This document shows positions 36,551 through 48,392 of a stretch of DNA of 64,000 nt, piece by piece. Positions within the stretch are counted from its first letter, which is position 1. The number at the start of each line of letters is the position of its first letter. The stretch comes from an uncultured virus (IMG/VR IMGVR_UViG_3300029288_000087) (lineage: Duplodnaviria; Heunggongvirae; Uroviricota; Caudoviricetes): the IMG/VR virus record IMGVR_UViG_3300029288_000087; one strand, 5' to 3'. The notes under the pieces were generated by a model. It made no database searches. It was not told the origin of the DNA and saw only the letters and a program-made list of their open reading frames with translations. Position numbers and translations under genes: made by a program.

Positions 36551-39500
36551 CTAGATCATGTCGTCGCTCGGCAGGCCCCCAAGCCAGTCAGGCAGCTTGC
36601 AGGCATGGGCAACGCAGTAATCGTACGTGAGATCGCGCTGGATCTGCGTCGGTGCCTTGTCCCCGCAGAACACGAACTGTGCGTTGTCCAGCAGCATGCT
36701 CGTGCAGAATTTCAGCCAGCCATCCGCCGCAAGCCCATCTTCCGTGCTCCCCAGAGCCCCGGCCAGGGCGATGTGCTCGTGATAGCGGCAGCGGTAGAAT
36801 TTTCCCTCCGGGGAGAGCCAGCCCGTGTCCGAAGTCACCGCGTTCTCTGCGGGCGGGAGGGGGAAGCTAGGGGGATCGTCTTCTTTCTCGACCGGCTCTG
36901 CGGGCAACTCCGCCGCAGACGCGCCTTTCGGCCCTTGTGCAGGACTGCCGCTCCGCGCGTCGAAAGGCGGCGGGCACTGTTGCCAGTAGGGCAGCGTATC
37001 GTAGTCGTAGGGCTCCTTGATTATCGGATGGTGCACTAAGGAGCCTCCGCTCCCCGCTTTTCTTTGTGGGATCTTGCGCTTCCCTGTAGGGCTTGCGACG
37101 TACTCCACGTCTCCGATCAGAAGCTGAATCAGGTCTGCTTCGCCGTCTCTCGCCTTGTCCCGCTCCTTCATGAGTCTGGCGAGCACCGCGGAGAGCTTGG
37201 GCAGCGGCTGCCCGTGCACGGTGGTCGTCGCATCGTCGGGCACCATCTCGATGCTGTTTTCGCGGCTGTCCCCAACGAGCTTCGCTTTGCCTTCAAGGAT
37301 CTCGATGGCCTGCGCCAACGTGATCCCCTGGAGCCCGTCCATGAGCGTGCGGAGCGCGTGATCGGGGCGATCCTCTTCGGCCCACAGATTTCGGACATGC
37401 TGCGTGAGCCATTCCCCGTCGATGGAAAAGCACAGCGTGTATGTCTCAGCTCGTGCTGCGTTATCGCTCTTGCCTCCCACAACTGCCCCCTCCTCTACCA
37501 GAACATCGCCCGCACGAGATACACGATCCCGCCCAGCAGCCCCGTAGCGACGAACAGGCAGACGGCTGCCAGAATGCCGAGACTTCTCCTGGTCACGCGC
37601 CGATCAAGCTCGGGGTCCATCCCCTCGAACACCCTATCGAAGAGCCTGATCGCGAGCATCGGCTCGTTCCGCATCGCACGGAACATCGTGTCGCGCAGGA
37701 CTTCCTTGTTGACCAGAATGCCGCGCCGGTCCACCCACGACTCCAACGCCACGATGTTGCCCGCGCGCACCAGGGCTCGTCCCTCTTCCAGCTCTGCTTC
37801 GGTCAGCTTCATGGCTCTCCCTCTCCCTGCATCCCATGCACTTGCACCACGTCCACGATCTCGACGGACATGAAGCACCTCTGCATCTCTTCGCTGTTGT
37901 CCAAAGCGTTCTGCACGCACTCCTGCACGAAGCTCAACGTGCTCTCCGTCATCCTGGGCACCCGAATGTTCACGGTCACTTCCACGAGAGGATCGCTCAC
38001 TTCTTCACCGCCCCGCTCGTAGCCTTGTCTGCCAGACGGATCGCCTTGTCCAACAACCGGAGGGCATCGTCGCGTTCCTTCCTGAGCACATCGACCATTT
38101 TCTCGTGGATGTCGTTGAGCGCAACGACGCGGGCCTGCTCTGTGGCAAGCTGGGCGCGAAGTGCGTCGATCCGCTCTTGGTCCAACTCTCTCACCAAACA
38201 CACGGAGCAGCGTCCTCCGTTCGGCTGATCCATCCTATGTAGGGTCGCGACGGTGTGCCCGCAGCCGTGGCAGAAGTATTGCGCCTGGGTGATCATGCGC
38301 CCAGCATAACCACGCGAGCGCCCCGCCGTCAATACGAACGTGTAAAAGAATCAGGATCTCTTCGCCGCCCGCCACGCAGCGAATGCGGCGAGGCCAGCCA
38401 GCGCTGCGATCAGCATCTCATCCCACCAAACAGCCAGGAAGACCAGCGCGGCATCACCGCCACGGTTGCGCGCGAGCTTGCGTTGCCTCACCACGCCGTT
38501 TTCTCCCAGTCCTCACGCGGCTTCTCGGGCGCTCCCGTGAACAGCACCGACACGAGAAATCCAGCCACCAAGATCCCGCCCACAACGAGCAGGGCGACCG
38601 GCATGTCGCCGAAGTCGGGCCTGACGGGAACGAGGTCGCCCATCCACCCAGCGGTTGCGCGCGAAGGGAGAGGTCCACCCTTGCCGCACGGGCAGGGCTG
38701 CTTGTAGGGAGGAAGCTGGCTCATGATCGCTCCTACAGGTCTTGCCAGTAGATTTTGCCAACATCGTCGGCATAAATCTCACGCAGAGCCACTTCCTCCT
38801 GCTCCATTTTTGTCACGACGATGAGGTGGGTGACAGGGATGAGATACGTGAGAATGCCGATTGCTGCATCCTGGGCCTCGTTGAAGCTGCTGAACTTCTT
38901 GGACTCCCAGCCGGTTTCCTTCATGGTTCTCTCGTTGATCGCAACGAGCCAACACGACCCGGTCCCGGGGAAGTCGTAGGTGGGTGCCCGGTGAGCCCAC
39001 TTCCATCCTGAAGGCAGGCTGGCGACGTTTCTTCGGGCGGCTCCATGTCTCATGGATCCGGATCCTACATCCAGATCCCGGGTTCTGTCACGGATCTCGA
39101 TGCCCGCAGTACCGACAGCGCATCTTCGCGGCGTAGGTGACCGCTGAGTAGAACCGGGTGCGGTACAGGCCCTTCTTCCCGCACTTCGGGCACACCTCGA
39201 ACCGCTCGCCCTTCTTCACCCGCACGCAGTCGGTGACGATCGGTCGTGCATCTCCACGATCGCATCGTGAGCAGTGGGCGACCTCCCCTACAACGGGTCT
39301 TCGAGCCATCAGGTGTCCGACCTCGTGTCCGCACTCCAGCACCAGCCTACCGAGCCCGACCTTGCGCCCGTGGTTGTACACGCGGTTCTTCCTTGCAACG
39401 ATCTTGCGCAGCATCGGCACCTTCAGGAAGGGAGGGTGAACTTCCCCATGGACTTGAAGTCTCCATTGGTCTGGATCACGCCCATCAGCACGTCCCCGTG

Positions 39501-39667
39501 CCCCTGGTGCTCGGAGACAAAGGCCGCGAGCTGGTCGCACTCCTGCATCGTGTCCGGGATCAACATCACGTTGCAGATCGTGCAGAGCATGGCCGCGTCC
39601 TTCTCCTCATCGTCCAGTCCGTCGTCTTCGGCGGGACCAGGGCACTCCTGAACGTCAGCGGTCTTCA
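36551..39667 (-). CDS. Run of hypothetical genes (36551-37480, 37495-~37812, 37809-~38000, 37997-38296, 38488-38724, 38733-39053, 39088-~39414, 39423-~39667)
   Basis: Co-oriented, mostly overlapping short ORFs; several CxxC. Confidence 0.5.
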
Positions 39668-39871
39668 TTTTACTCGGCTCTGGTGCCGCCCTCGGGCATG
39701 GAATCACAACGGTATCAGGCCGCTTGGCGCATCGCAAGGGGAAGGGCGAACCACAAAAGACGAACGCCCCACCGGACCATCCGGCAGGGCGCACGCCTTT
39801 CGCGTAACTCAGCTCGGCCAAGATGCCCACTGCGCTACCCGATGTCAACGGCCACGGTGTAGAATGCTCCC

Positions 39872-40618
39872 ATGCGCAACGGGACCGGCTGCATCCACGA
39901 CCCGCCCACCGTCCGCGGCTCGCACTCGAAAGAGCAGGTGTTCGGGACAGCCCTGCTCAACGAGCCCCCGGACATCCTGGACCTGACCCTCCTGATCGAC
40001 AGCATCCGGCAGCAGAACCGGCAGCCTACTTGCGTTGGCTTCGGCACAGGTCAAGCCATCCAGGTGGTGGCCAAGCAGAACGGATGCCCGCACATCGCCG
40101 TGCCCTCCGCTCGGCACCTGTTTGCCCAAGCCTGCGGCATCGCTCACGACCCGGGGCTGGACGGCACGACCATCGGGGCCTGCATCGAGGGAGCGCAGCT
40201 GGGCGGCATCATCGACGAGAATCTCCTGCCGTACGACCCGGCGAAGGTCTACGACGAGATCGACCTGGACGTGCTCCAGATGGGGCTCGTGCGCATCGGC
40301 CTGAAGGCGCACCGGCTCATCGAGTTCGGCGAAGACGTGGACAGGGCTGTGAAGCTCGCCGTAGCGTCAGGCAAGGGCGTCGTGGGCGGCATCGACGTGG
40401 ACGATCTGTTCTTGGAGTGGCCCGCGGGAGAGGTCTACCCGGGCATCACGGGCGAGTACGCGGGCGGGCACGCCATGAACTTGCTCGATTTTCCGCTGGG
40501 ACTGCCCCGCTGGGTTGGCAGCTACGGCGCGAATTGGGCAGAGGGCGGGCTCATCACAACGGCGTGGGATGTCGTGAGGAAGGCGAGGTCGCTGTGGATC
40601 ATCGACTACGTGCCGTAG
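39872..40618 (+). CDS. Papain-like (C1A) cysteine peptidase homolog
   Basis: IRQQNRQPTCVGF (Q...C), GGHAMNLL (H); the usual NSWG appears as GSYG; TAGAAT 6 nt before ATG. Confidence 0.75.
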   Translation: MRNGTGCIHDPPTVRGSHSKEQVFGTALLNEPPDILDLTLLIDSIRQQNRQPTCVGFGTGQAIQVVAKQNGCPHIAVPSARHLFAQACGIAHDPGLDGTTIGACIEGAQLGGIIDENLLPYDPAKVYDEIDLDVLQMGLVRIGLKAHRLIEFGEDVDRAVKLAVASGKGVVGGIDVDDLFLEWPAGEVYPGITGEYAGGHAMNLLDFPLGLPRWVGSYGANWAEGGLITTAWDVVRKARSLWIIDYVP

Positions 40619-40881
40619 CGGCACTTCTGCTGCTCACCGATTGCGGCACCTGCGAGCCGCCGCCGCCGAAGCCCCCGGGCGAGCCCAGTGTGCAAGCGGC
40701 ATGCGACACGTTGTGTCGCTTCAAGTGCCCGGAGTGCACACCGAAGGCCATGTCGTGTCAGGATTCGCTCAGTAGGCTCCTGGAAGTCGGCACGGTCACG
40801 CCAGAGAGGCTGTCGTGCATCTCGGGAGCGGACGGGGTTGAGCAGCTTGCGACGTGCAAGGTGAAGTGCGCCGGGCAGTGA
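40594..40881 (+). CDS. Small Cys-rich secreted/lipoprotein-like protein
   Basis: VAALLLLTDC signal-like N-terminus, multiple Cys. Confidence 0.5.
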   Translation: MDHRLRAVAALLLLTDCGTCEPPPPKPPGEPSVQAACDTLCRFKCPECTPKAMSCQDSLSRLLEVGTVTPERLSCISGADGVEQLATCKVKCAGQ

Positions 40882-40882
40882 T

Positions 40883-43103
40883 TCAGTCGCTCTTGCCGAT
40901 CAGCTGTTGAACCATTTTGGTCAGGCAGTGGTCCGAGCGAAAGCTCTTCACCCGACGCCAGCTCTGCTCGCCCATGGCATCCAAGCCTCCCTCTTCAATC
41001 GAAAGGTAGCCCGATTCCTCTAGCACGACACGACACAGCGTTTCCACCTCGTGGTTCACCTTCGACGCGTACCCATGAAAGAGAAGTTTTCCAGTCATTT
41101 TGTATCACCTTTTGCACCCGGCTCCTCGGGGTAGGACCCACACACCGTCCCGCCTACGCACGAGAAACACTTCCTTCATCACACGCCAAGCACGCCCACA
41201 CCACCGACTCTGCTCTGGCGTCATTTGCGAGTCTGTTATCCTTGGGTCAGTGAGCGCCAACAGGATCTGCTGGCATCGCTTCAAGTCGTTCGGTGGTTTC
41301 ATCGTGGATTCTCCTTGTGCTGCCGCCACGCCCTCTCGAACTCTGCCTTCTCGCGCTCGGCCCGCTTCTGCTTCTCGCGGTCCTCTGCCACCGTGCGAGC
41401 CAGTGACTCTACCCGCTCCAGATTCTTCAGCACGATCTCGTTAGCTGCTTTCGTCACCGCGTCACGAAGAATCTTCGCACACCCCTCGCAGGTGTCGTTG
41501 ATAACGGGCCACTTGCGCGTCTCGGGTATGTCCCAGCCCTCGAAGTTGGGGCTCGTCTGGAACGAGCCGTAGTTTTCCGTCGCGTCACTGAGCCGCCTAG
41601 CGCACACGCCACAATAGCAAGCCATCACGTCACCTCGGCAGTCCGAATACCTCCAGCGATCCTTCGTAGTCGCGCCCGGTCAGGTACCTGAGCGACTCCT
41701 TGGAGACCGGGCACCCCATCTTCCAGTCCCACACCCGCTGCGTCCTCGGACCCCAGATGCCATCGACAGCAATCTGCTCGTCGGCGTGCCACGAGGTGTC
41801 GAACTCCATGCGGTTGAGGATGCCCTGAATCTCCTCTACGATGGCGATCATGGTCCGAACCCATCCAATCTCGGCCTGATCCCGGCCTTCCGCAGCTGAT
41901 CGAACGCTGTTTGCGCGCACCTGTGCAGAGTGCCGATCCGTTCATCCGCAATCCGCAGCTGGTTCCGCAGCGCCTGATTCTCCGCCGCGGCATCCTCGCG
42001 AGAAGCAATCTCCTTCTCGTACAGGTCGGACGCTTCGTGCGCGATCTTCTTCCACGCCGCGAGCTTCGATCCGTAGATCGACTCGGCGTCGTTGACGAGA
42101 GCGCCGATGCGCGCCTCGATCTGCTCAACGGTTGCGGTCGAGGGGCTCAGGTTCGCAGCCCTGGCGAACCGCTCGCGCAGATCCGACTCGGGCTGGCGGA
42201 CGGCGAAAGAATAGAGCCTGCCTTCGGGGATGTCCGTCAGATCGAACGTGGACACCATGACGTGAGCGTTCCACTCTTCTCTCGTCGGGTTCTCGACGAG
42301 CACTGTGACCCTTTCTCCAGTTCGCAGGACAACCGGCTCGTATGTGCGGTAGCAATCCCTGTCAAAGACGGTGCGACGACCCGCTGTGACAGTCCGTATG
42401 TAAAGCGCGCCGGTCGTCTCCCATACATCAACCAGCTGCACGAGCTTCTCAGCGACGTACATAAGAGTCTGTGACCCACCAGATGGGATCGGGCTCGAAC
42501 TGGTCAGATTGTGCTCGGACATTCTGCCTCTCATGTTCTCGATCTTCATGATCTTACCTTCCCCTTCGGCGTTGTCGCCACTTCGTGTAGCCTCCGCCAG
42601 ATCGCCTGCGCCTCCCCGAGCGGCATCACGCGGTGTTCGCATCCGTTCGGAACCCCCAGAACCGACATCTGCGTATCGGCGGCCATCCTCGACGGAAACA
42701 TGAGCACCTTGTCGTGTAGAGTCGCCCAGCCGCCTCCGATGTACCACAGCCACTCGCCGTTGTGTGCCTTCTGGACACGCCCTAGCACCCACGGCTGGCC
42801 AATCTCGTCATCGACTTCCTCGACCGGGGGCTCAGCCGTGGTCTTCTCGTCAGGGACACGGATCTGCTGGAAGTCGAGTCTGCGCAGGTAGTGCGTATCG
42901 CTGCTGTAGCGGGCCTTCCCACTGACACGAAGTCGGCCAACACAGGGCTCCCCTGGCTTCGCGCCGCAGCACTTGCACGTCACGTACGCCACACAGACGT
43001 GCGTGCGCATGTAGCGCCCCCGCTCGTTGGGCACCACGACGAACACCATGTTCTTATGCCCAGCGGCGATGATCGGAGCGGAAGGGTACGGTTTCTTAGT
43101 CAT
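40883..43103 (-). CDS. Run of small hypothetical genes
   Basis: Coupled ORFs 40883-41098, 41105-~41302, 41299-41628, 41630-~41851, 41848-~42550, 42546-43103. Confidence 0.5.
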
Positions 43104-43112
43104 CTCGACGCC

Positions 43113-43412
43113 TCAATCGTAGTACGCCACGCTCAGCATCTTGTAGAGAGCGAACGGAACACCTTGTTCCAGCATGTACCCCACAACTCTCTTGCCAACC
43201 ATCTCGTCCCTGTCGCGGGCCTTGGCAAAGACGCGAAGCATGTGCGCCTGCCACAGCGTTGGGCTCAGCTCCCCGCGCTCCCACTTCGAGACGGTCATCT
43301 CATGCACGCCGAGAAGCTGTCCGAGCCTCGCCTCCGTCATGGAGAGAGCTTTGCGCAACCGGGTGATGCCCCTTGGGCGCATGCTGAAGGTGGTTTCTGT
43401 GAAGGTCTTCAT
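43113..43412 (-). CDS. XRE-family helix-turn-helix protein
   Basis: ITRLRKALSMTEARLGQLLGVHEMTVSKWERG. Confidence 0.85.
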   Translation of the reverse strand: MKTFTETTFSMRPRGITRLRKALSMTEARLGQLLGVHEMTVSKWERGELSPTLWQAHMLRVFAKARDRDEMVGKRVVGYMLEQGVPFALYKMLSVAYYD

Positions 43413-44832
43413 GACTTCTCTACCGGCACCTGGGCTCGCAGCCTGGGGATAGCCAGTTCGCAAGTCCGCAATCCGACCGCTAAAGGCATGGGCAACTTCT
43501 CGATCCCACCGATCGAGTTCACGTACTCGCGAGCCTTCTTCGTGCAGCGCTCCAGATCGCCCATCTCCCGCTCGCGCTCTGGAGTGCCGGGCGCAGTGCC
43601 CTGCGCAGCCAACAGAAGGTGCATCTTCGCTTCCGCCAATAGATCAACCACGCGGAGCAACTCAGGTGTGAGTTTCACGGCTTCACCAGCCGCAAATGCG
43701 TCTTCGCCGCCGCCATCCACTTGGCGATCTGCTGATCGGCCTCCCGCTCCACCTCGTCCTTGGTCTCGTCATCGAAGGCCGCGGCGTAGATGACCTCCAG
43801 TGGGTGTTTCAGATCGTACTCTTCCCCTCGCGCGAGCACGACCTTCTTGGCGATCTTGGTGACGCTGTTCCAGTACACAACGAGTTCGCGTTCCCCAACG
43901 GCTGCAAGTCTGACGAATGCCATACTTCCTCCGTTCAGCAGGGAGCGCAGCCAGGGTGAGTAGGGCAGTACACCTCGCACTCCTGCGCGTCCTCCTCCAC
44001 GGCGTCCTCGTCCGACGCTTCCTCAGACCCAGCGTCCTCCTGCTGGGCGTCGGGCGCAACCTCGCTCTCCGCCTCCCCTGCGTCGGGCACCTGATCCCCA
44101 GAGCCGATGTTCACCGACCCGCCGCATGCGGCCAACAAAACCAACAACCACCCGTACCTGATCATGCCATTCCTCCCTTACTGTTGACGCCCATCGCAAA
44201 CGAGCCCGGGGCCTGCCCAGCGAGTGCTTCCGCCATGTTCACAAAGGGGCACTCGATGCCCTTCACCTTCAGGGCTCCGATGAGCTGAAGCCCGATGTGC
44301 CCACCCTTCATCAGCTCGCATTCCTGATAGATGATCGCGCGCGTCGTATCTGTCATCCCGGGCTCGGTGCCGTTCCACAGCGCGGCGGCGTGCGTCCACT
44401 GCTTCGCGAACTGCTCCTGCGACATGTTGGGCTTTCCGCAGAGGATCGTGAACTCCTTGCCTTGCATCTTGAGTACGACAGTAATCTGGTTCGGATAGTA
44501 GGCGCAGAAGATGTCGGCGGCAGGGAAGCCCAGCCTGCGCAGGGCCTCCCACATTGCGAGCACTTCCCGGATCGGCGCGGGGATGTGGCGCGGTTGGATG
44601 GGTCGAACGCGGGGGCTCTTGGCTTTGGTCACGACTTCTTCTCCTGTATCCGACCGTACATCACACCCCACGAGAAGCGCCAAATAACGAACGACACGCC
44701 GCATTCGTCGAACTCAATAGCGAGCCAGCGGATCCAGACGGATCCTTCGATCAGGCGGCACGCGTAAGGCTTGACCCAGAAGGGCAGATCCAGCACCTGC
44801 CATGCCTTGCCGAAGCGGCGGAGCACTTTCAC
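43409..44832 (-). CDS. Run of small hypothetical genes, including a lipoprotein-like ORF at 43935-44165
   Basis: Coupled ORFs; LLVLLAAC lipobox-like sequence. Confidence 0.5.
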
Positions 44833-45650
44833 GGCTCCACCTCGTAGCTCGTGATCACAACCTCGCCGACCTTACCCCGCTTGCTGGCGTCGCAGTTCAC
44901 GTTGCGCCGCGCCGAGACGGAGTGGATGCGGAAGCCGCCGAACATCTCGCGCACCTCGGGCGTGTCGGCCTGCGACAGCATCACGTACGCGCCTCGCTGC
45001 CTTGCCTCGCAGCAAGACGCGCGGAGCCGCTTCAAGTCCTCCAGGCCGAAGCCGCCCGGCGTGTACGTCGTGAAGTTCGCTGTCTTGGTTAGAGGCACAT
45101 AAGGCGGGTCACAGTAAGCCAGCGAGCCCTCCTCCGCGTTCGCTATGATGCTCTGAAAGTCCGCGCACATGATGCGAGCCTTCTGAAGAGCCGCGGAGCA
45201 CGCGCGAAGGTTCTCTTCGTCACACGTCGTCGGCAGCTTGTCGTCCTTCCACTTGCCCCACGGCACGTTGAAGCCACCGCTCTTGTTGACGCGATAGAGG
45301 CCGTTGAAGTCGGTGTGATTCAGGTAGATCGTCCTGGCAGCCGCCGCGGCAGGGGACAGATCCGCTGGCTTCAGGCTGCGCAGCGCGTAGTACCGCTTCT
45401 CGTCGATCGGCAACTTCTTCAGCTCGTGAATCACGGAACCCACCTGAAGGGCGACTGCTAGGTAGCAGCTCACAAGCTCCAGGTTGGCGTCGGAGACGGT
45501 TGCGTGCTCCGGTGCCAGATCGAAGAACATCGCGCCGCCGCCAAGGAACGGCTCGTAGTAGTGGTTGAAGCTCTTCGGCATCAGCGCGCGAAGCTGTGGG
45601 AGAAGCTGGGTCTTCCCACCTGCCCAACGGAGCAGGGGATAAGCCTTCAC
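44829..45650 (-). CDS. dam: Dam-like (D12 class) N6-adenine DNA methyltransferase
   Basis: LLRWAGGKTQL, EPFLGGGAMFF, FNGLYRVNKSGGFNVPWG, YCDPPY. Confidence 0.9.
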   Translation of the reverse strand: MKAYPLLRWAGGKTQLLPQLRALMPKSFNHYYEPFLGGGAMFFDLAPEHATVSDANLELVSCYLAVALQVGSVIHELKKLPIDEKRYYALRSLKPADLSPAAAAARTIYLNHTDFNGLYRVNKSGGFNVPWGKWKDDKLPTTCDEENLRACSAALQKARIMCADFQSIIANAEEGSLAYCDPPYVPLTKTANFTTYTPGGFGLEDLKRLRASCCEARQRGAYVMLSQADTPEVREMFGGFRIHSVSARRNVNCDASKRGKVGEVVITSYEVEP

Positions 45651-46335
45651 GTCGCCCCCGTCATGCGTCGGACATGCGTCACGAAGTCCTGCCCTGGCCG
45701 CACGTTGTGCTTCTCCAGGTAGTGGGCGAAGCCCTCGGGCCACACGAACGTCCCATCGGTCAGGTCTGCGTCGCCCATCTCCGCGTCGTCGATGCCGCAC
45801 TTGAAGCGGCACGTGGAGTAACCGAAGTAGCGCTCCAGGACGCGACCCTTGCGCAGGTACGCGATCACCATGCCGCGCTCGGCAGGATCCCAGGAAGGGT
45901 CAACGAAGTCCTTCGGATCCGGAAGAGACAGCAACGATTGCAGACGAACGTTGCCCGCGAGCCACGTGAGAATGCCAAGTGATCGAGGAGTCTGGATAGC
46001 CTCAATGAGCCTGTGGAAATCCGATGGCTGCCTATCGGCTGACGGCGGTCTCCAGTACCCGATAGCCCGAAGCCCTTGCGTGCCCTCGATATTGTCGGGG
46101 TGCTTAGGCAGAACCATCGACTTAGGCTGCTCGATCACGGCGTCGCCCCCATCTCCTTGCACCCTGCATGCTTGGCCTTGAACACCGCTTCCGTCCAGCG
46201 CCAGTCGTGGAGACTGATCGGGTACTTGCGGACCTCACCCTTCCCACAACGGGCGCAGCGGATGGCGCACTGATTGTCGCTGACCATCTCGACCACGCCC
46301 CACGTCACCTCGACCGGCTTGCTGTCCTTACCCAT
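45647..46335 (-). CDS. Two hypothetical genes (45647-~46138, 46135-46335)
   Basis: Coupled ORFs; TDGTFVWPEGFAHYLEKH motif. Confidence 0.55.
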
Positions 46336-46699
46336 CGACGACCTCCATCACTTCCACGCCCGCCTTCCGCGCTTGGCGCACACAATCCTCCGTGCCTTTT
46401 CCGCCCGGGAATGCCACGACGAGATCCGGCTTGCCTTCATCGAGCATGCGCCGGTTGCGGATCGGCCCCGCCGCATACCCGTCCCGATCCCAGTTGGCGG
46501 GGAACGAGAACAGATCGCACTTGAACACGTCTGCGATGTGAAACGTTCGCAGAACCCACTGCGCCGCGAGTGTGTCGGCTCCGCGTGCTGCGCCGTGGAT
46601 GAGCGCGTCGATGCCACGCTCCGCATGCAGCTTGTCGAGAACCTCGAACACGCGCTCGCGGTTGGCGTAGTCCCTGCCGCCGCAGACCAGTACGCGCAT
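46328..46699 (-). CDS. SLOG/YspA-like (DUF2493) protein
   Basis: MRVLVCGGRDY, IHGAARGAD, AGPIRNRRML, VVAFPGGKGT. Confidence 0.85.
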   Translation of the reverse strand: MRVLVCGGRDYANRERVFEVLDKLHAERGIDALIHGAARGADTLAAQWVLRTFHIADVFKCDLFSFPANWDRDGYAAGPIRNRRMLDEGKPDLVVAFPGGKGTEDCVRQARKAGVEVMEVVDG

Positions 46700-46922
46700 C
46701 ACAGTCCAGCCTTCCTGCGCATGGCAGCAACGTTGCTGGCCGACAGCGCCAACGATGCGCGACTCTCCGCCCGCGCTTCTGGCGACTTCACGGAGAAGCG
46801 CCGATACCCGTTGCGGCCAATCGGGCAGTCGTAGCACTCGTACTCCGCTCCGTACCCAAACCCGTAGTCGGGCGTGGTCAGTCCGACACGCTCGGATCCG
46901 CACCAGATGCACTTTACGCCGC

Positions 46923-47963
46923 TCATCGGATCTCCGTGGCGGAAACCCCGCCCTTCAGGCCGGGGAGGAGCCGCGTCCTCCATGCGTTGTAGGTCAGGAA
47001 ACGCACATCTGCTGGCTTCGCGTTCTGGCAAAGGCGCTTACCATCTGCCACTGCGAGCAGGCTGATCCTCCCAGCCATCGTCCCGCCAACGTAGACCAAC
47101 CCGTACTTCGGGTGCGTGACCAGCGATCCTCGCTTCAGTCCACGACTGCGCGTGCCCCCGTACGCCTTGCGAACCCCGCCCTTCGCGGGCTGAAGCATGT
47201 GCAGTTGTCGCCGATGCAGTCGGATCGGCGAGACGCACATCATCCGCTTGTTCTCTGGCAGAATGTGCCCACCGACGTACCAGTTGGCGAGCACCCAGCT
47301 GTCCACGCAGTGCGCCTCGAAGACTTCCGACATCTTCGACTTGGACTTCTTGAGCCCCGCGGCATTGCGCAGCTCGAACGTCTCCCACCCTTGCTTCACG
47401 TGCACGTTGCCGAAACGCTTCAGCTCTTCGTAAAACCACGCCTTACCGACTTCGAGCGGGGAGAAGCTGCGGTTCCACTTCCGCTGCCACTTCTTGGTCT
47501 TCGCCCTGATGTCCTCGACGGCGATGTCGGTGATCGGAAACACCTTCGCGAGCTGCTCGACGATGCGCAACTTCCACTGCCATCGTGCCTTCGTGCTCGG
47601 AGGAAGACCCCCGCGAGCACGGTTCTTCCTGCACGCCCGATAAGGCGTCTTACGGGACCGACGCGCCCGACGCATGTTGTGGCGCACCTCCACGGCATCC
47701 TTGACGTGCCGCACAGCATCCGCCTGGATGTTGAGCAGCGTGTGCGCCTCAGACTTGACCGTGAACCCTTCCTTCTTCGATCCGGGATCGATTCCAACCA
47801 CAACTGGCTGCAAGACTCGACTAGACGGCTCAACGTTCAGGCGGATGCAGAAGATGCCTCGCTTCCAGAAGGGCGTTGCCTTCCTCGATGCGACCATCTG
47901 CCGCGCTCGCTTTTCCGAGCACGGCATCAATGGCATCCGCTGACTGTCAACAACTGGAACCAC
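46923..47963 (-). CDS. isrB: IsrB-like RNA-guided nickase (IscB family lacking HNH)
   Basis: N-terminal PLMP, RuvC-I GIDPG, Arg-rich bridge helix RRARRSR, RuvC-II VEDI, RuvC-III HCVD; 346 aa, no HNH. Confidence 0.85.
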   Translation of the reverse strand: MVPVVDSQRMPLMPCSEKRARQMVASRKATPFWKRGIFCIRLNVEPSSRVLQPVVVGIDPGSKKEGFTVKSEAHTLLNIQADAVRHVKDAVEVRHNMRRARRSRKTPYRACRKNRARGGLPPSTKARWQWKLRIVEQLAKVFPITDIAVEDIRAKTKKWQRKWNRSFSPLEVGKAWFYEELKRFGNVHVKQGWETFELRNAAGLKKSKSKMSEVFEAHCVDSWVLANWYVGGHILPENKRMMCVSPIRLHRRQLHMLQPAKGGVRKAYGGTRSRGLKRGSLVTHPKYGLVYVGGTMAGRISLLAVADGKRLCQNAKPADVRFLTYNAWRTRLLPGLKGGVSATEIR

Positions 47964-47965
47964 AA

Positions 47966-48193
47966 ATCACCTCAAGAAGAATGCCCGTAAGGGCCTTGTG
48001 TATGCGCCACTTCGACACCTTCCGGCCGAGGGAAGCGGGGCTAGTGGGGCACCCCGCATGTCGCTCGCCCTGCCACGGGCAGCCGGTTCGGTTGGCGGCA
48101 CGGAGCCGCCCTGTCTAGTCAACCGTTTGGTCTCTCTGGTCCGCATGGCTTTGCTTTCCTTCAAGCCCCTGCCTTTAGGGAGGGGTGGTTGAC
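47966..48193 (-). ncRNA. omega RNA scaffold of the IsrB element
   Basis: Begins GTCAACCACCCCTCCCTAAAGGCAGGGGCTTG, with a pairing GGTTGAC downstream, directly upstream of the PLMP ORF. Confidence 0.8.
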
Positions 48194-48392
48194 TGTAGTA
48201 GTAATGCGAGGAAGGGTGCACTTCCTGCAACTGGCACACGATCTGCGACCGCTCGAACTCGATGTACGGCCCGCGCCCGCCGATCACAACCCGTCGGTAC
48301 CCGACCGAGAACAAGACGCCGGTCTCGGTGTAGAGGCGCATCATGGTCGAGCCTTCAACCGGAATGCGCAAGCGAGCAGCGTAGTCTTGCAT
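48194..48392 (-). pseudogene. Phage gene truncated by the IsrB element
   Basis: MQDYAARL...VIGGRGPYIEF...HYYY reads straight into the omega RNA scaffold. Confidence 0.6.

Larger units (their letters stand above)
46923..48193 (-). mobile_element. Non-autonomous IS200/IS605-superfamily element (omega RNA + IsrB, no TnpA)
   Basis: Related hairpin ends CCCCTCCCTAAAGGCAGGGG (left) and CCCCGGCCTGAAGGGCGGGG (right). Confidence 0.75.

Noticed and set aside
44829..45650. Restriction-modification system
   Set aside because: No recognisable neighbouring endonuclease; orphan Dam-like methylases are common in phages.
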